Source: an uncultured Chloroflexia bacterium (GTDB lineage Bacteria > Chloroflexota > Anaerolineae > CG2-30-64-16). From it: a stretch of 64,000 bases of DNA. A model generated the notes under the pieces. The model searched no databases. It worked only from the letters and a program-made list of their open reading frames with translations, and had not been told where the DNA came from. Below, one piece after another: positions 50,001 to 61,892 of the stretch (position 1 is its first letter; each line of letters begins with the position of its first letter). The DNA lies in contig CAWEMM010000006.1 of the NCBI GenBank assembly GCA_963810095.1, forward strand, positions 1 through 64,000, written 5' to 3'. The position numbers and the translations under genes are program-made.

Positions 50001-53000
50001 GCTTCACCAATGTGCCCGCCGGCTACACCTTCAGCCCGACCGGCCAGGGCACGCCGAGCACCGACAGCGATGCCGGTGTGACCGCCGGCGGCTGCTCCAC
50101 AACCTTCACCGTCACTTCCGGCCAGACCGACAACACCTGGGACGCCGGCCTCTACCAGCCCGGCCTCGGTCGGCGACCTGGTCTGGCTCGACGTCAACGC
50201 CAACGGCATCCAGGACGCCGGCGAGACCGCCGGCGTGGCGAATGCTACCGTCGACCCTCTACACGGCCGCGGACGCGCAGGTCGGTTCGCCGATCAACAC
50301 GCCGGCCAGCGGCGCCTACAGCTTCACCGGCCTGGTCGCCCGGCTCCTACAAGGTCTGCTTCACGGCGCCGGCCGGCTACACCTTCAGCCCCACACGGCC
50401 AGGGCACGCCGAGCACCGACAGCGATGCCGGCGTGACCGCCGGCGGCTGCTCCGCCAACTTCACCCTGACCAACGGCCAGAACAACACCACGCTCGACGC
50501 CGGGTTGTACCAACCGGCCACTATCGGCGACAAGGTCTGGCTCGACACCAACGCCAACGGCATCCAGGACGCCGGCGAGACCAGCGGCGTACCCAACGTC
50601 ACCGTCACCCTGTACACCAGCACCGGGACGCAGGTCGCCGGCCGCCGCAGACCACGCCCGGCCGGCGGCGGCTATAGCTTCACCAACGTGCCGCCCGGCT
50701 CCTACAAGGTCTGCTTCACCAATGCGCCAGCCGGCTACACCTTCAGCCCCACCGGCCAGGGCACGCCGAGCACCGACAGCGATGCCGGTGTGACCGCCGG
50801 CGGCTGCTCCACAACCTTCACCGTCACTTCCGGCCAGACCGACAACACCTGGGACGCCGGCCTCTACCAGCCTGCCTCGGTCGGCGATCTGGTCTGGCTC
50901 GACGTCAACGCCAACGGCATCCAGGACAGCGGCGAAACCACCGGCGTGGCGAATGCCACGGTCACCCTCTACACGGCCGCGGGCGTTCAGGTCGGCTCGC
51001 CGATCAACACGCCGGCCAGCGGCGCCTACAGCTTCACCGGCCTGGTCCCCGGCTCCTACAAGGTCTGCTTCACGGCGCCGAGCGGCTACACCTTCAGCCC
51101 CACCGGCCAGGGCACGCCGAGCACCGACAGCGATGCCGGTGTGACCGCCGGCGGCTGCTCCACAACCTTCACCCTGACTTCCGGCCAGACCAACACCACC
51201 TGGGACGCCGGCCTGTACCAGCCTGCCTCGGTCGGCGACTGCGTCTGGCTCGACGTCAACGCCAACGGCATCCAGGACAGCGGCGAAACCACCGGCGTGG
51301 CGAACGCCACGGTCACCCTCTACACGGCGCGGGCGTTCAGGTCGGCTCGCCGATCACCACGCCGGCCAGCGGCGCCTACAGCTTCACCGGCCTGACCCCG
51401 GCTCCTACAAGGTCTGCTTCACGGCGCCGAGCCGGCTACACCTTCAGCCCCACCGGCCAGGGCACGCCGAGCACCGACAGCGATGCCGGCGTGACCGCCG
51501 GCGGCTGCTCCGCCAACTTCACCCTGACCACCGGCGACAGCAACACCACCATCGACGCCGGCATGTACCGCCCGGCCTCGGTCGGTGACTTCGTCTGGAG
51601 CGACACCAACGCCAACGGCGTCCAGGACAGCGGCGAGCCCGGCCTGGCCGGCGCCACTGTGACCCTCTTCACCGGCGCGGGGACGCAGGTGGGCTCGCCG
51701 TTCACAACCCTGGCTAACGGCGCCTACAGCTTCGGCAGCCTGACGCCCGGCTCCTACAAGGTCTGCTTCACCACCCCGTCCGGCTACAGCTACAGCCCCG
51801 CACTGCAGGGCGGCAACACCGCGACGGACTCCGACGCCAATGCCGGCACGCCCGCGGGCTGCTCCGCCGTCTTCACCCTGGCCTCCGGCGACAGCAACAC
51901 CACCATCGACGCCGGCATGTACCAACCCGCCACCATCGGCAACAAGGTGTGGCTGGACGAGAACGGCGACGGCCGCCAGGACCCGGGCGAGCAGGGTATC
52001 GCGAACGTGACGGTCGAACTGTGGAAGGACAACCACAACACGCTCGTCGCCACCACGGTCACCGACGCAGACGGCAACTACATCTTCAAGAACCTGACGC
52101 CCGGCACGTATCAGGTGGACGTGCTGAACTCCACCCTGCCCGATCCTGATGGCGCGGGCCCCGGCGGCCTGGTGCAGAGCACGCCGACCTTCACGGGCGA
52201 CTTCACCAACAAGCTCGACCCGTACACGGTGACGGTGACCGCGGGCGTGGAAGACTTGACTGCGGACTTCGGCTACAACTGGGCGCCGACCACCGACGTG
52301 ACCGGCAACACCGGCACGGGCGCTATCGGCGACCGGGTCTGGATCGACGACGGCGACGGCGTGCAGGAGCCGGGCGAGTCCGGCCTGGCCGGCGTCACCG
52401 TCCAACTCTGGTACGACGCGAACGGCGACGGCACGATCGACACCCTTTACCCGACCAACGGCACGGCGACCACCGGGCCGGCAGGCGACTACATCTTCGA
52501 CAACTTGCCTGCGGGCATCTACGAGGTGCGCGTCACGGGCGGCACGACCAACTACACGCAGACCGGCGATCCCGATGTGCCGGGCGCGGCCTGCAACGGC
52601 GCAACCTGCGACGCCAAGACCACTACGCCCATCCTGCTGGCCCCCGGCGACGTCTATCTCAACGCTGACTTCGGCTACAAGCCAAACACTGACTACGGCG
52701 CGGAGATTGGCAACCGCATCTGGCTCGACGCGGACGCGGACACGACCGGTCCGGCCGATACGCCTGCGGGCACCCCGGTCGACTCGAACGAGAAGGGCAT
52801 CCCGGGCGTGACGGTCGCGCTGATCCGCGACACGAACGAGAACGGCACGTGGGACGCGAACGAGCCGATAATCGCCACGACTACGACCGACGCGACCGGC
52901 TACTACCTGTTCACCGGCATACCCACGGGCGGTCCAGCCATCACAACCGGGGACGACTACCTGGTGTGGGTGAACGACACGAACTCCGTGCTAACCGGCC

Positions 53001-54943
53001 TCAAGCCAACCTGGGACAGCAACGGCATCGGCACGCCCAATATCAGCCGCGTGCAGGATCTGGCGCCCGCCGGCAACCTGACGCAGGACTTCGGCTACAC
53101 GCCGGCGGGCCAGACCACCAACCGCGGCCTGATCGGCGACACGATCTTCCTGGATCGCAACGGCGACAATCTGCAGAGTACGGGCGAGGGCATCGAGGGC
53201 GTTACTGTTCGGCTCTACGCATCGGACGGCACGACCCTGCTCGCGGTTACCGTCACCGACGAGAACGGCAACTACTGGTTCCCGAACCTGCCGGCAGGCA
53301 CCTTCGTGGTGAAGGTGGATACCTCGACGTTGCCTGGCGGCCTGACCAACTCGATCGACCCGGACTTGACGCCCGGCGTAACCGGCGACAGCCAATCGAC
53401 CGTGACGCTCGCGCCCGGTGAGATCAACCTCACCCGTGACTTTGGCTACAAGGGCGCGGGCTCGATCGGCAACCTCGTCTGGAACGACGTCGATGCCGAC
53501 GGCTTCAAGGATGCCACTGAGACCGGCATGGACGGCGTGACGGTCGACCTATACTGGGACGTCAACGCCGACGGCATCGTGGATGCCAACGACAAGCTTG
53601 TTGGCACGACAGCCACTACGGGCGGCGGCGCGTACAGCTTCGCCAACCTTGGCGTGGACGACGGCGGCGGAGACATGAAGTACCTCGTCCACGTCACCGA
53701 CACGGCCAACCTGCTCAACGGCTGGTGGCATTCGACCGGTACCGCCGGACTGGACAACAACAGCCAGGTCGACCCGTACTCGGTCACCCTGACCACCGGG
53801 GCACAAAGCAACAACACTGCCGACTTCGGCTACTACGTCAAGCCGGCCGCGGTGGGCAACTTCGTCTGGAATGACCTCAACGCTAATGGCATCCAGGATG
53901 CGGGCGAGCCGGGCCTCAACGGCGTCGAGGTCACCCTGACGATCGGCTATCCGAACAGCAGCACGACCACGGTGAAGGTCACCACCGGCAACGATCCGGT
54001 TAGCGGAGCGCCCGGCTGGTACAGCTTTGGCAACCTGCTGCAGGACGAAAACTTCAACGGCACGACCAGCGACGGCTCCTCCGAGCCCACCTACACGCTT
54101 TCGATCAACACGACCCAGCCCGCGCTGGCCGGGATGCTTGCCAGCCCGCTCGGCGCAGCCGGCAGCACGATCTATAACGACTCGAATGACCCGGCCGCCA
54201 GCCTAACCGTCCCGATCAAGGGCGAGACGAACACGCTGCTCAGCAACGACGGCGCCTCCATCGCCTCCTACGACTTCGGATTCTATCGCACAGGCATAAT
54301 CCGGGTCGATAAGGTGACCGATCCTGCCGGCGCCGGCCATATCTTCTCCTACACCCTCACCGGCGGGCCGCGCGCCGTGAACATCCCGTTCACGCAGACC
54401 GATGCCGGTGCACCCTGGAGCTCGGGCCCCATCGCCGCAGGCGCGGCCTACTCCATCGAGGAGCAGCAGGACACGGGCTGGACGCTCACGTCAGTGGTCT
54501 GCAACAACGCAGCCGGCCAGCCGATCTCGGTCACCTGGACTCCCGGCACCGGCATCGCGTCGGGCATCACGCTCGCGGCTGGCGACGTCATTACCTGTGT
54601 GTTCAACAACGCAGGCAGCGCACTGGCAGTCGACCTGGCGTACTTCGCAGCCGACCTGCGCGACGATGGCGTGCATGTCGTCTGGGAGACGGTCTCCGAG
54701 ACAAACATGGCCGGCTTCAATATCTACCGGGCGGAGTCGGCCGACGGTCTGTGGGTCAAGCTCAGCACGACGACGATCGCGGTGCTGACACCGGGCGGCA
54801 GCAGCGGTAACGTGTACGAATGGGTCGACGCGGCCTATACGCCGGGTCAACCCGCCTACTACATTCTTGAAACGATCGGGCTGGACGGAAGCCTCGACTG
54901 GTCCGCACCACTCGAGCTGGCGTTCGAGCCCCAGGCCCAGTAG
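44002..54943 (+). CDS. giant secreted SdrD-B/Cna-B repeat protein (~3600 aa if intact), many frameshifts
   Basis: GAGGAGG RBS and signal peptide; repeated IGDxVWxDxNxNGxQDxGE...GxYxFxxL..GxY...D(F/A)G(Y/L) units continuing across frames; single terminal stop at 54943. Confidence 0.8.
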
Positions 54944-55002
54944 CATACCGGTCGTTCGGGCGGAGGGGCCAACGCTCCTCCGCCGCCTGCATCGCCAAAC
55001 CA

Positions 55003-55032
55003 GCGCCCCCGCGGTAGTCACCACGGGGGCGC
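55003..55032 (+). terminator. GC-rich hairpin after the SdrD-like gene
   Basis: GCGCCCCCG / CGGGGGCGC. Confidence 0.5.
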
Positions 55033-55161
55033 CCAATTTAACAAATAGTCAATATTGGGGGCTTGTATTTTGGCGCGAAGTGTTCTACAATTGCATAGGC
55101 TATTTATTTGTCGACTAATCTATCGTTCGACGAACCGCCGATCAGCGAGGAGAGTACCCCT

Positions 55162-56262
55162 ATGAAGAGCCTACGGCACGTTGTCCTGTTGAGCCTGGTC
55201 GTTATGCTCCTGGCGAGCTGCGTTGGGCTGCCACCCGTTTTCCCGAACCGGGCGCCCTCCCCGCAGGACGTGGAGGAACCGGCCGGCGCAGCCCCGGCGG
55301 CCCAGCCGCCGGTCGACGAGGCCAAGCCAGCGATCACCGAGAGCACAGCCGTGACTGCTACCACCGCGATCACGGACACTGCGGTCATCGCCGCAACGGA
55401 CACGGTCACCACAACTGCCCCGACCGAGGCGCAAGCGACGCCAACCGGCGAACAGGTGATGGGCGCGAATCCACTTGTCGGCGTCGTGTGGGAATGGTCG
55501 GCCCTGCTGAAGACCAAGCCTGCGGTCCAGTCGGTCGTGCCAGATCCGGCCTCGTACACGGTCGTCTTTACAGAAGATGCCAAGGTGGCGATTAAGGCCG
55601 ACTGCAACAACGCCAGCGGCGCCTACACGCTCGAGAACGACCTGCTGACGATCACCATCGGACCCATGACACGTGCGGCTTGCCCGCCCGGCTCACTCAG
55701 CGACCTCATGGTTGGGGGGCTCAGCAAGGTTAGCTCCTACCTGATTGACGGCGGCGACCTGATCTTGCGCATGGCCGACACGGGCGACAGCATGCTATTC
55801 CGCAACGGCGGACCGGTGACCGTGCCTGCCGCGCCGGCCCCCACCGAGGCCCCCGCCGCGGCCGCACCGGCCCAGACACCCGCCGCACCGGCAGAGACGA
55901 CTGCCCAGGCAACTGCGCTGGTGGGACCGGTTTGGCAGTGGCAGAAGTTCGTCGACGTGGCGACCGGCAAGAACACGATGGACGTCAAAAACCCGGCCGA
56001 TTACACCGTTACGTTCAGGGACGATCGAACCGTGGCGATGAAGGCCGACTGCAACCAGGCGGCGGGGACGTACGCGGCGGACGGTGCAAAGCTGACCATC
56101 AATGTCGGGCCAGTGACGCTTGCGGCGTGTGGGCCCGACTCGGTCGGCGAGGAATTTCTGATTGGCCTGACCAGCGCCGCGACCTACACGATCGAAGGCG
56201 GCCAGCTGATGATCGATCTGATGGCGGATGGCGGGCGGATGATATTCGGAGCCGCCCAGTAA
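55162..56262 (+). CDS. lipoprotein with two META domains
   Basis: Lipobox LLASC; two KADCN..G.Y...MT.AAC units; Ala/Pro/Thr linkers. Confidence 0.85.
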   Translation: MKSLRHVVLLSLVVMLLASCVGLPPVFPNRAPSPQDVEEPAGAAPAAQPPVDEAKPAITESTAVTATTAITDTAVIAATDTVTTTAPTEAQATPTGEQVMGANPLVGVVWEWSALLKTKPAVQSVVPDPASYTVVFTEDAKVAIKADCNNASGAYTLENDLLTITIGPMTRAACPPGSLSDLMVGGLSKVSSYLIDGGDLILRMADTGDSMLFRNGGPVTVPAAPAPTEAPAAAAPAQTPAAPAETTAQATALVGPVWQWQKFVDVATGKNTMDVKNPADYTVTFRDDRTVAMKADCNQAAGTYAADGAKLTINVGPVTLAACGPDSVGEEFLIGLTSAATYTIEGGQLMIDLMADGGRMIFGAAQ

Positions 56263-56311
56263 GAGCTCTATGTGCGGGCTGCGATAGCCGTGGCCGTCGC
56301 AGCCCGCCTGA

Positions 56312-58583
56312 TCACTTCTTGAACAGCGCCCCGTGCCCACCCAGGGCGGGGTGCGTCATCAGCCACGCCTGACTGTCGACCTCTGACTCACCGGGCTTGA
56401 GTTTGCGGCAGAAGTACTGGCCGTCGGGTTGCAGCACGCGCGCACGGGTGTTGTTAGCCAGTTCCACCGCCAGAATCGCATTCCGCAGGTATAACAGTAA
56501 GCTTCTGGTCCTTCACGGGGAAGACAATCTCCACCCGCCGGTCCAGGTTGCGCGGCATCAGGTCCGCACTTCCCAGGTACACCTCGGGCGCCCCCCCGTT
56601 GCCAAAGTAGTAGATCCGGCTGTGCTCCAGAAAGCGCCCCACGATGCTCGTCACCCGGATATTCTCACTCACGCCGGGCAAGCCCGGCCGCAAGCAGCAG
56701 ATCCCCCGGATAATCATGTCCGTCTGCACGCCTGCCTGCGAGGACTGGTAGAGCTTGCGGATCAGTCGCTCGTCGACCAGCGAATTCATTTTGAAGATCA
56801 ACCGCCCGGGGCGGCCGGCCTTCGCATGTTCGATCTCGCGCTCGATCAACCCTTCGATCCGCTCGCGGATGCTCCCCGGTGCGACCAGCAGGCTGCGATA
56901 CGAGCGCTGGGTCGAGTACCCGGTCAGGGTATTGAAAAGCTCGGTCGCATCGGCGCCCATGTCCGGGTCGCAGGTTAGCAGCCCGCAGTCGGTGTAGATG
57001 CCCGCCGTCACGGCGTTGTAGTTGCCGGTCGCCAGGTGCAGGTAGCGCCGCAACCCGCCGTCCTCCTTGCGGACGACAAGGGTGATCTTGCTGTGCGTCT
57101 TGAGCCCCACGAGGCCGTATACGACGTGCACGCCCGCGGCTTCCAGCGCCTTGGCCCACCCGATGTTGCTCTCTTCGTCAAAGCGCGCCTTGAGCTCGAC
57201 CAGCACCGCCACCTGTTTCCCGTTGCGCTGCGCCTCGAGCAGCGACCGCACGACCGGTGCGTTACGACCGACGCGGTACAGTGTTTGCTTGATCGCCAGC
57301 ACGTGTGGGTCGGCGGCGGCCGCCTGGACGAAATCCAGCACCGGCCTAAACGAGTCGTAAGGGTGGTGGAGCAGGATGTCGCCCTTGCGGATGGCCGCAA
57401 AGATGTCCTCGGTCGACTTCACGTCGCGCAGTTGGGGGGGAACCGAAGGGGCAAACGGGACATCGCGCAGGTCGGGCCGGACCAGCCCCGCAATGGCCCA
57501 CAGGCTGCCCATGGCCAGCGGCGGCTGCAGCGGATACACGTCCTCGGCCTGGACCTCCAGGTTTTCGGATAGCAGGCGCACCATCGACTCGGGCATCTCG
57601 TGGTCGACCGCCAGGCGGACGACGGGACCAAACTGCCGCAGGCGTAGCCCTTCCTCGATCGTTTCGAGCAGGTCAGGCGCCTCGTCCTCCTGGATTTCCA
57701 TGTCCGCGTCCCGGATAACCTGAAAGCTGTAGCTTTCGAGGACCTCGAAGCCTTGGAAAAGGAGGCCCAGGTTGGCGCCGATCACCTCTTCCAGCCAAAC
57801 CCACCGGTGCTCGGGCACGACGGGAACGAGCCGCGGCAGCGACGTAGGCACCTTGATGCGGGCAAAACGTTCTTCCCCACTAGGTCCGCGCACGAGCACG
57901 GCCAGGTTAAGGCTGAGGTTGGAAATATGGGGGAACGGCCGGCCAGGGTCAAACGCAAGGGGCGTGACGACCGGGAGCACTTCGTCGATGAAGTACGCCC
58001 GCAGGCGGTCGCGCTCCTCCTGGGTCAGCTGCCCGTAGTGGCACAGGTCGATGCGTGCGGCAGCTAGCTCAGGCTGGATCTCGTTGTAGAAGTACGCGCG
58101 CTGTTCGCGTAACATGGGCAGGACCCGCTCACGAATGCCCGCCAACGCCTGAGCGGGCGTCAAGCCGTCGGACAGGGGCGTGGTGATGCCCGCAGCCAAC
58201 TGGTCCTTGAGCCCGGAAACGCGAATCATGAAGAACTCGTCGAGGTTCGTGCTAAAGATCGCGAGGAACTTTACCCGCTCGAGTAGCGGATGGCGCGTGT
58301 CGTGCGCTTCGTCCAGCACCCGCCGGTTGAACTCGAGCCAGCTGAGCTCACGATTGAGGTACAGCGACGGATCTCGCAGATCCCGCGCCTGGGACTTGGC
58401 GGGTCCGTCAAGCGGGAGTGCCGGCGCCTTGTTCTCACCCATCGCTAACCTTGCCGCGTCAGCCGGCCAAGCGGCGGCTGCTTCCTTGATAGAATCCACG
58501 CTGGCCGGGGGGGCAAGCAATGCTTCTGCTGCGACACGCGGCTTAGGGGTAGCCCGTTGTCGTCGGGTCCGGGTGACAGCCAT
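56312..58583 (-). CDS. ppk1: polyphosphate kinase 1, frameshift near 56500
   Basis: NRELSWLEFNRRVL, NLDEFFMIRV, HHPYDSF, ELKARFDEE, KTHSK, GRFLEHSR, SADLMPRNLDRRVE; shifted tail DSQAWLM...KK*. Confidence 0.95.
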
Positions 58584-58770
58584 TGCCGTTGACCTCCATG
58601 GAGCCGGTCGAACCAATTACGTAACACAGAGGTTATTGTAAGGCAGGGTGGACGGAAGGGCAAGCGCCCTCGCCCCCCAGCCCCGCGCCCCTTTGTCGTA
58701 GCAGAGAGGGTTGGGGCGGAGTGTGAGTTGCCGTATAATGCTGCCTAGGGCAAGGGACAGGAGGGCTTTT

Positions 58771-60502
58771 ATGATTCGGACAGTCCCGGAGACGACGGGC
58801 GAAGGCATCGAGCTGTATATCCGCACTTATTACTCGCTGCTCCGCAGCTCGGGCGACGTGCGCATCCGATCGCTCGAAGAGACCCACGAGGGTATGAGGT
58901 CCAGCCTGCACGTGGGTGCGGAAAAGGAGGGCTTCGACGCAGGCGCGTTCGTCTACGCCGCGCTGCGCCTTCCTGACTGCATTTATGACGCTCGCCGCGT
59001 CGTCATGGGACAATCCGAAGAAGTGTTCACCCGGGGCGGGCTGCGCGAGTATCCGCGAGTGGAAGCGGGTCGATGCGCCGGCGCGGCGGCGCCGCATGCT
59101 GTTCGACGGCACCGACACCATTGCGGCGTTCGTTTCAAGCGTGTCCGATATCGACGACCTGATCCCGTGTCTTACAGCGTACCAGATCGAATGGAACAAG
59201 CTGCACCGCCGGCTGGTTGGCACGCAGGTGGGACACGAGTTGGCCGAGGGCAAAATCAAGGCGTCGGCTGCGGGCGACTCGCTGCGCTCGGCGTTGGGGC
59301 TGCCCGACGAAGACCTGGCACGGCTGCAGGCTGCCTGGGGCGCGAAGTGGGATGCCTGCTGGGCCGCGGTCGGCACCCGGCTGCTCGACCTGCACATCAA
59401 CTCGCTCGCCAGCGGCTTCAACGACTACCGCCGGGCAGTCGATAAGTGGTGGGACGGTCTTCTGGCGAGCACGACCGGCGACGCGCTGCTCAGCCGGCCA
59501 ATTTACTTTGTCTCCTCGAACCCGCACAGTCTGACTAACCCTTTGTCGGGTTACGCGCTGGCTCACCGGGCGGAGTTGATCGACCTCGCGCAAAACGGCC
59601 GCGAAGAAGGGCTCGCCGAGGAATGGGAGCGGCTGCAGGGTGAAGACGCCGGGTCGGCGGATGGCGAAGGGCCCCGGGTGAACTTCCTCTACTACATGCT
59701 GCGCAGCTTTCTGCGGGGCAACCGCGAACGGCAGGTCGCGTGGCACAAGGCCGAGGCAGAGGTGGGCATCACGCGCTTTGACGAACCGGCCACGCTGGAC
59801 ATCAGCGCGCAGGTGATCGAGATGTCCGAGCTCAGGCCAGAGTGCCTGGACCCCCGCCTGCGGATGAAGGGCCTGGATTTGCTCCGGCTGAGCAATGCGG
59901 TGATCGTCAACGTCGACTATCCGCTCGGTTTTGCGGCCTATCACCTCCTGTCGCAGGTCGCCTCCAGCGCGGCCGACCTGCTGGGCATCTACATCATGGG
60001 CAAGGCCGCGACACTCAACGGCCGCGTCGGCGATGTGATGATTCCGAATGTCGTGTACGACGAGCACTCGCGCAATACCTTCCTCTTCAAGAACTGCTTC
60101 CTGGCCCAGGACCTGGCCCAGACCTTGCGCTACGGGACGGTGTTCGACAACCAGAAGGCCGTTACCGTTCGGGGCACCTTCCTGCAGAATCGCGACTTTA
60201 TGAGCGTGTTCTATAAGGAGGGCTACACCGACCTGGAGATGGAATCCGGGCCGTATCTGAGCGCGGTGTACGAAGACATCTATCCGCAGCGCTACCCCGT
60301 GAACGAGATTGTCAACCTGTTCATCAATGCGCCGTATGATATCGGCCTGCTGCACTACGCGTCAGACACCCCCTACAGCCGCCGGTCTTCCCTGCTGAGC
60401 AAGAGCCTGAGCTACTTCGGCGTGGACGCCACGTACGCCTGCTCCATTGCCATCCTGCGGCGCATCTTGCAGGTGGAAGTCATGCGGGTGATGAAGGGGT
60501 GA
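58771..60502 (+). CDS. conserved hypothetical protein (DUF6909-like) with nucleoside-phosphorylase-like C-terminus; frameshift near 59050
   Basis: IELYIRTYYSLLRSSG; YIMGKAATLNG.VGD; DLEMESGPY; GGAGG RBS. Confidence 0.65.
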
Positions 60503-60533
60503 ACCGACCACAGGTGCACCAGGAGCACCAAGC

Positions 60534-60737
60534 GTGACCGGCAAGGCCTGCCCGCGCTGCGGCGCGTGGCTGACCTACGAAGAGATCGGCGGGATGGGGG
60601 AGGCAGGCACCCGCGGGTGGTTCCTGCTCGGCCTGTTCAACCTGCTCTTCGCATGGGTCGTCGCCGCCGTCGCCTCACAGAGCGGGACGGGCTACTGCCG
60701 GTGCTTCCGGTGTGGCTATCGCTGGCGGTGCAGGTAA
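60534..60737 (+). CDS. small zinc-ribbon membrane protein
   Basis: CPRC, then hydrophobic segment, then CRCFRCGYRW; AGGAG RBS. Confidence 0.6.
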   Translation: MTGKACPRCGAWLTYEEIGGMGEAGTRGWFLLGLFNLLFAWVVAAVASQSGTGYCRCFRCGYRWRCR

Positions 60738-60797
60738 GCCGGTTCGGTGGCCACGCGAGACGACACCCTGAAGAGGCTCGGCTCGCGGTGAGGATAG

Positions 60798-61172
60798 ATG
60801 AGCGCGCCGGCAGCCCCGCCTGATGCCGCTGCTTTTCACGAACGCGTCTGGGACATCGTACGCCGCATCCCACACGGCAGAGTGGCTACTGACGGTCAGG
60901 TTGCGAAACTCGTGGGGCTGCCCCAGGGGGTAGAACCGGATACTTATCGTGCTTTCGGGCCCCGGTGGGTCGGCTCAGCGATGGCTGCCTGCCCCGCAGA
61001 CGTGCCCTGGCAGCGAGTGCTGAACGCCAAGGGCGAGATCAGCCTGAAAGGCGACGCGCAGCGCCGCCTGATCGCGGCGGAGGGCGTGACCTTCGACGTG
61101 CAAGGACGCGTCGATTTCAAATACCACGGGCGGTCCGAAGTGGGCGCGACGCGGCAGGCGCTGCTGTTTTAA
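60798..61172 (+). CDS. alkyltransferase-like (ATL, MGMT family) protein
   Basis: VRRIPHGRVAT.GQVA, PRWVG.AM, VPWQRV (Trp in place of catalytic Cys), EGV.F. Confidence 0.85.
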   Translation: MSAPAAPPDAAAFHERVWDIVRRIPHGRVATDGQVAKLVGLPQGVEPDTYRAFGPRWVGSAMAACPADVPWQRVLNAKGEISLKGDAQRRLIAAEGVTFDVQGRVDFKYHGRSEVGATRQALLF

Positions 61173-61217
61173 GCTAGATATCCCACCATTCGTTCCACCG
61201 GCAGAGGAGGCAAAGCT

Positions 61218-61772
61218 ATGTTCCCTATCCTGGTCATCGCCATCGGTATTGCGGTCCTTGTCCTTGGGAAGCGTCTCGCCGTGCTGGGTGCGGCCGTCGG
61301 CGCCCTGGTCGGGCTCGGCCTGCTCAAGGTGTTCCCAGGCATCGACAACACCATCGTCCAATGGGTGCTCGTCGGCGGCCTGACCGTGCTCGGCGCCGTT
61401 GGCGGCGGGTTCGCCAGAGGCTTCGTGTCGATCATCATCCTCGTGATCGGGGCGCTGGCCGGCGCAGGTGTCGTGCTCGGCGTGTTCGACCTGCTGAACA
61501 TCGACGCGGGCCTGCTGAAGTGGCTGCTGGCCGTGCTGGGCGGCGTCGCGGGCTTCGTGCTCATCAATCGCGCCCGCCGAGGAAGCCAGGACTGGGGCAT
61601 TATCATCCTGGCGGCCCTGGTCGGCGCACTGCTCGTCGCCCGCGGGCTCGGCCTCTTGCTGCCCAACTTCGACAACCTGCTCCGCTCCCTGGTTGTGCTC
61701 GTGCTCGCCGGGGCAAGCATCGTCTACCAGGGCGGCCTGCTAGGCCGGCCAAAAGCTGCGCCGCAAGCCTAA
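61218..61772 (+). CDS. multi-pass membrane protein (DUF4203-like)
   Basis: Several Gly/Leu-rich hydrophobic segments; GAGGAGG RBS. Confidence 0.7.
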   Translation: MFPILVIAIGIAVLVLGKRLAVLGAAVGALVGLGLLKVFPGIDNTIVQWVLVGGLTVLGAVGGGFARGFVSIIILVIGALAGAGVVLGVFDLLNIDAGLLKWLLAVLGGVAGFVLINRARRGSQDWGIIILAALVGALLVARGLGLLLPNFDNLLRSLVVLVLAGASIVYQGGLLGRPKAAPQA

Positions 61773-61798
61773 CACAACCGGCTCGTACCCTAGAACGC

Positions 61799-61837
61799 AA
61801 GGGGGCTGCCTGGAAAAAACGTCCAGGCAGCCCCCTT
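61799..61837. terminator. bidirectional-type terminator hairpin
   Basis: AAGGGGGCTGCCTGGA / TCCAGGCAGCCCCCTT between convergent genes. Confidence 0.8.
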
Positions 61838-61892
61838 TGTTGTACCGGGTGGCTCAGTGTCCCATTCTGGGGTTAACGCCGTCAGCGCCCGA

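Noticed and set aside
59135-60355. Long antisense ORFs (here and opposite rel, RNB, ppk1 and the peptidases)
   Set aside because: Expected shadows of high-GC codon usage; no motifs or RBS.
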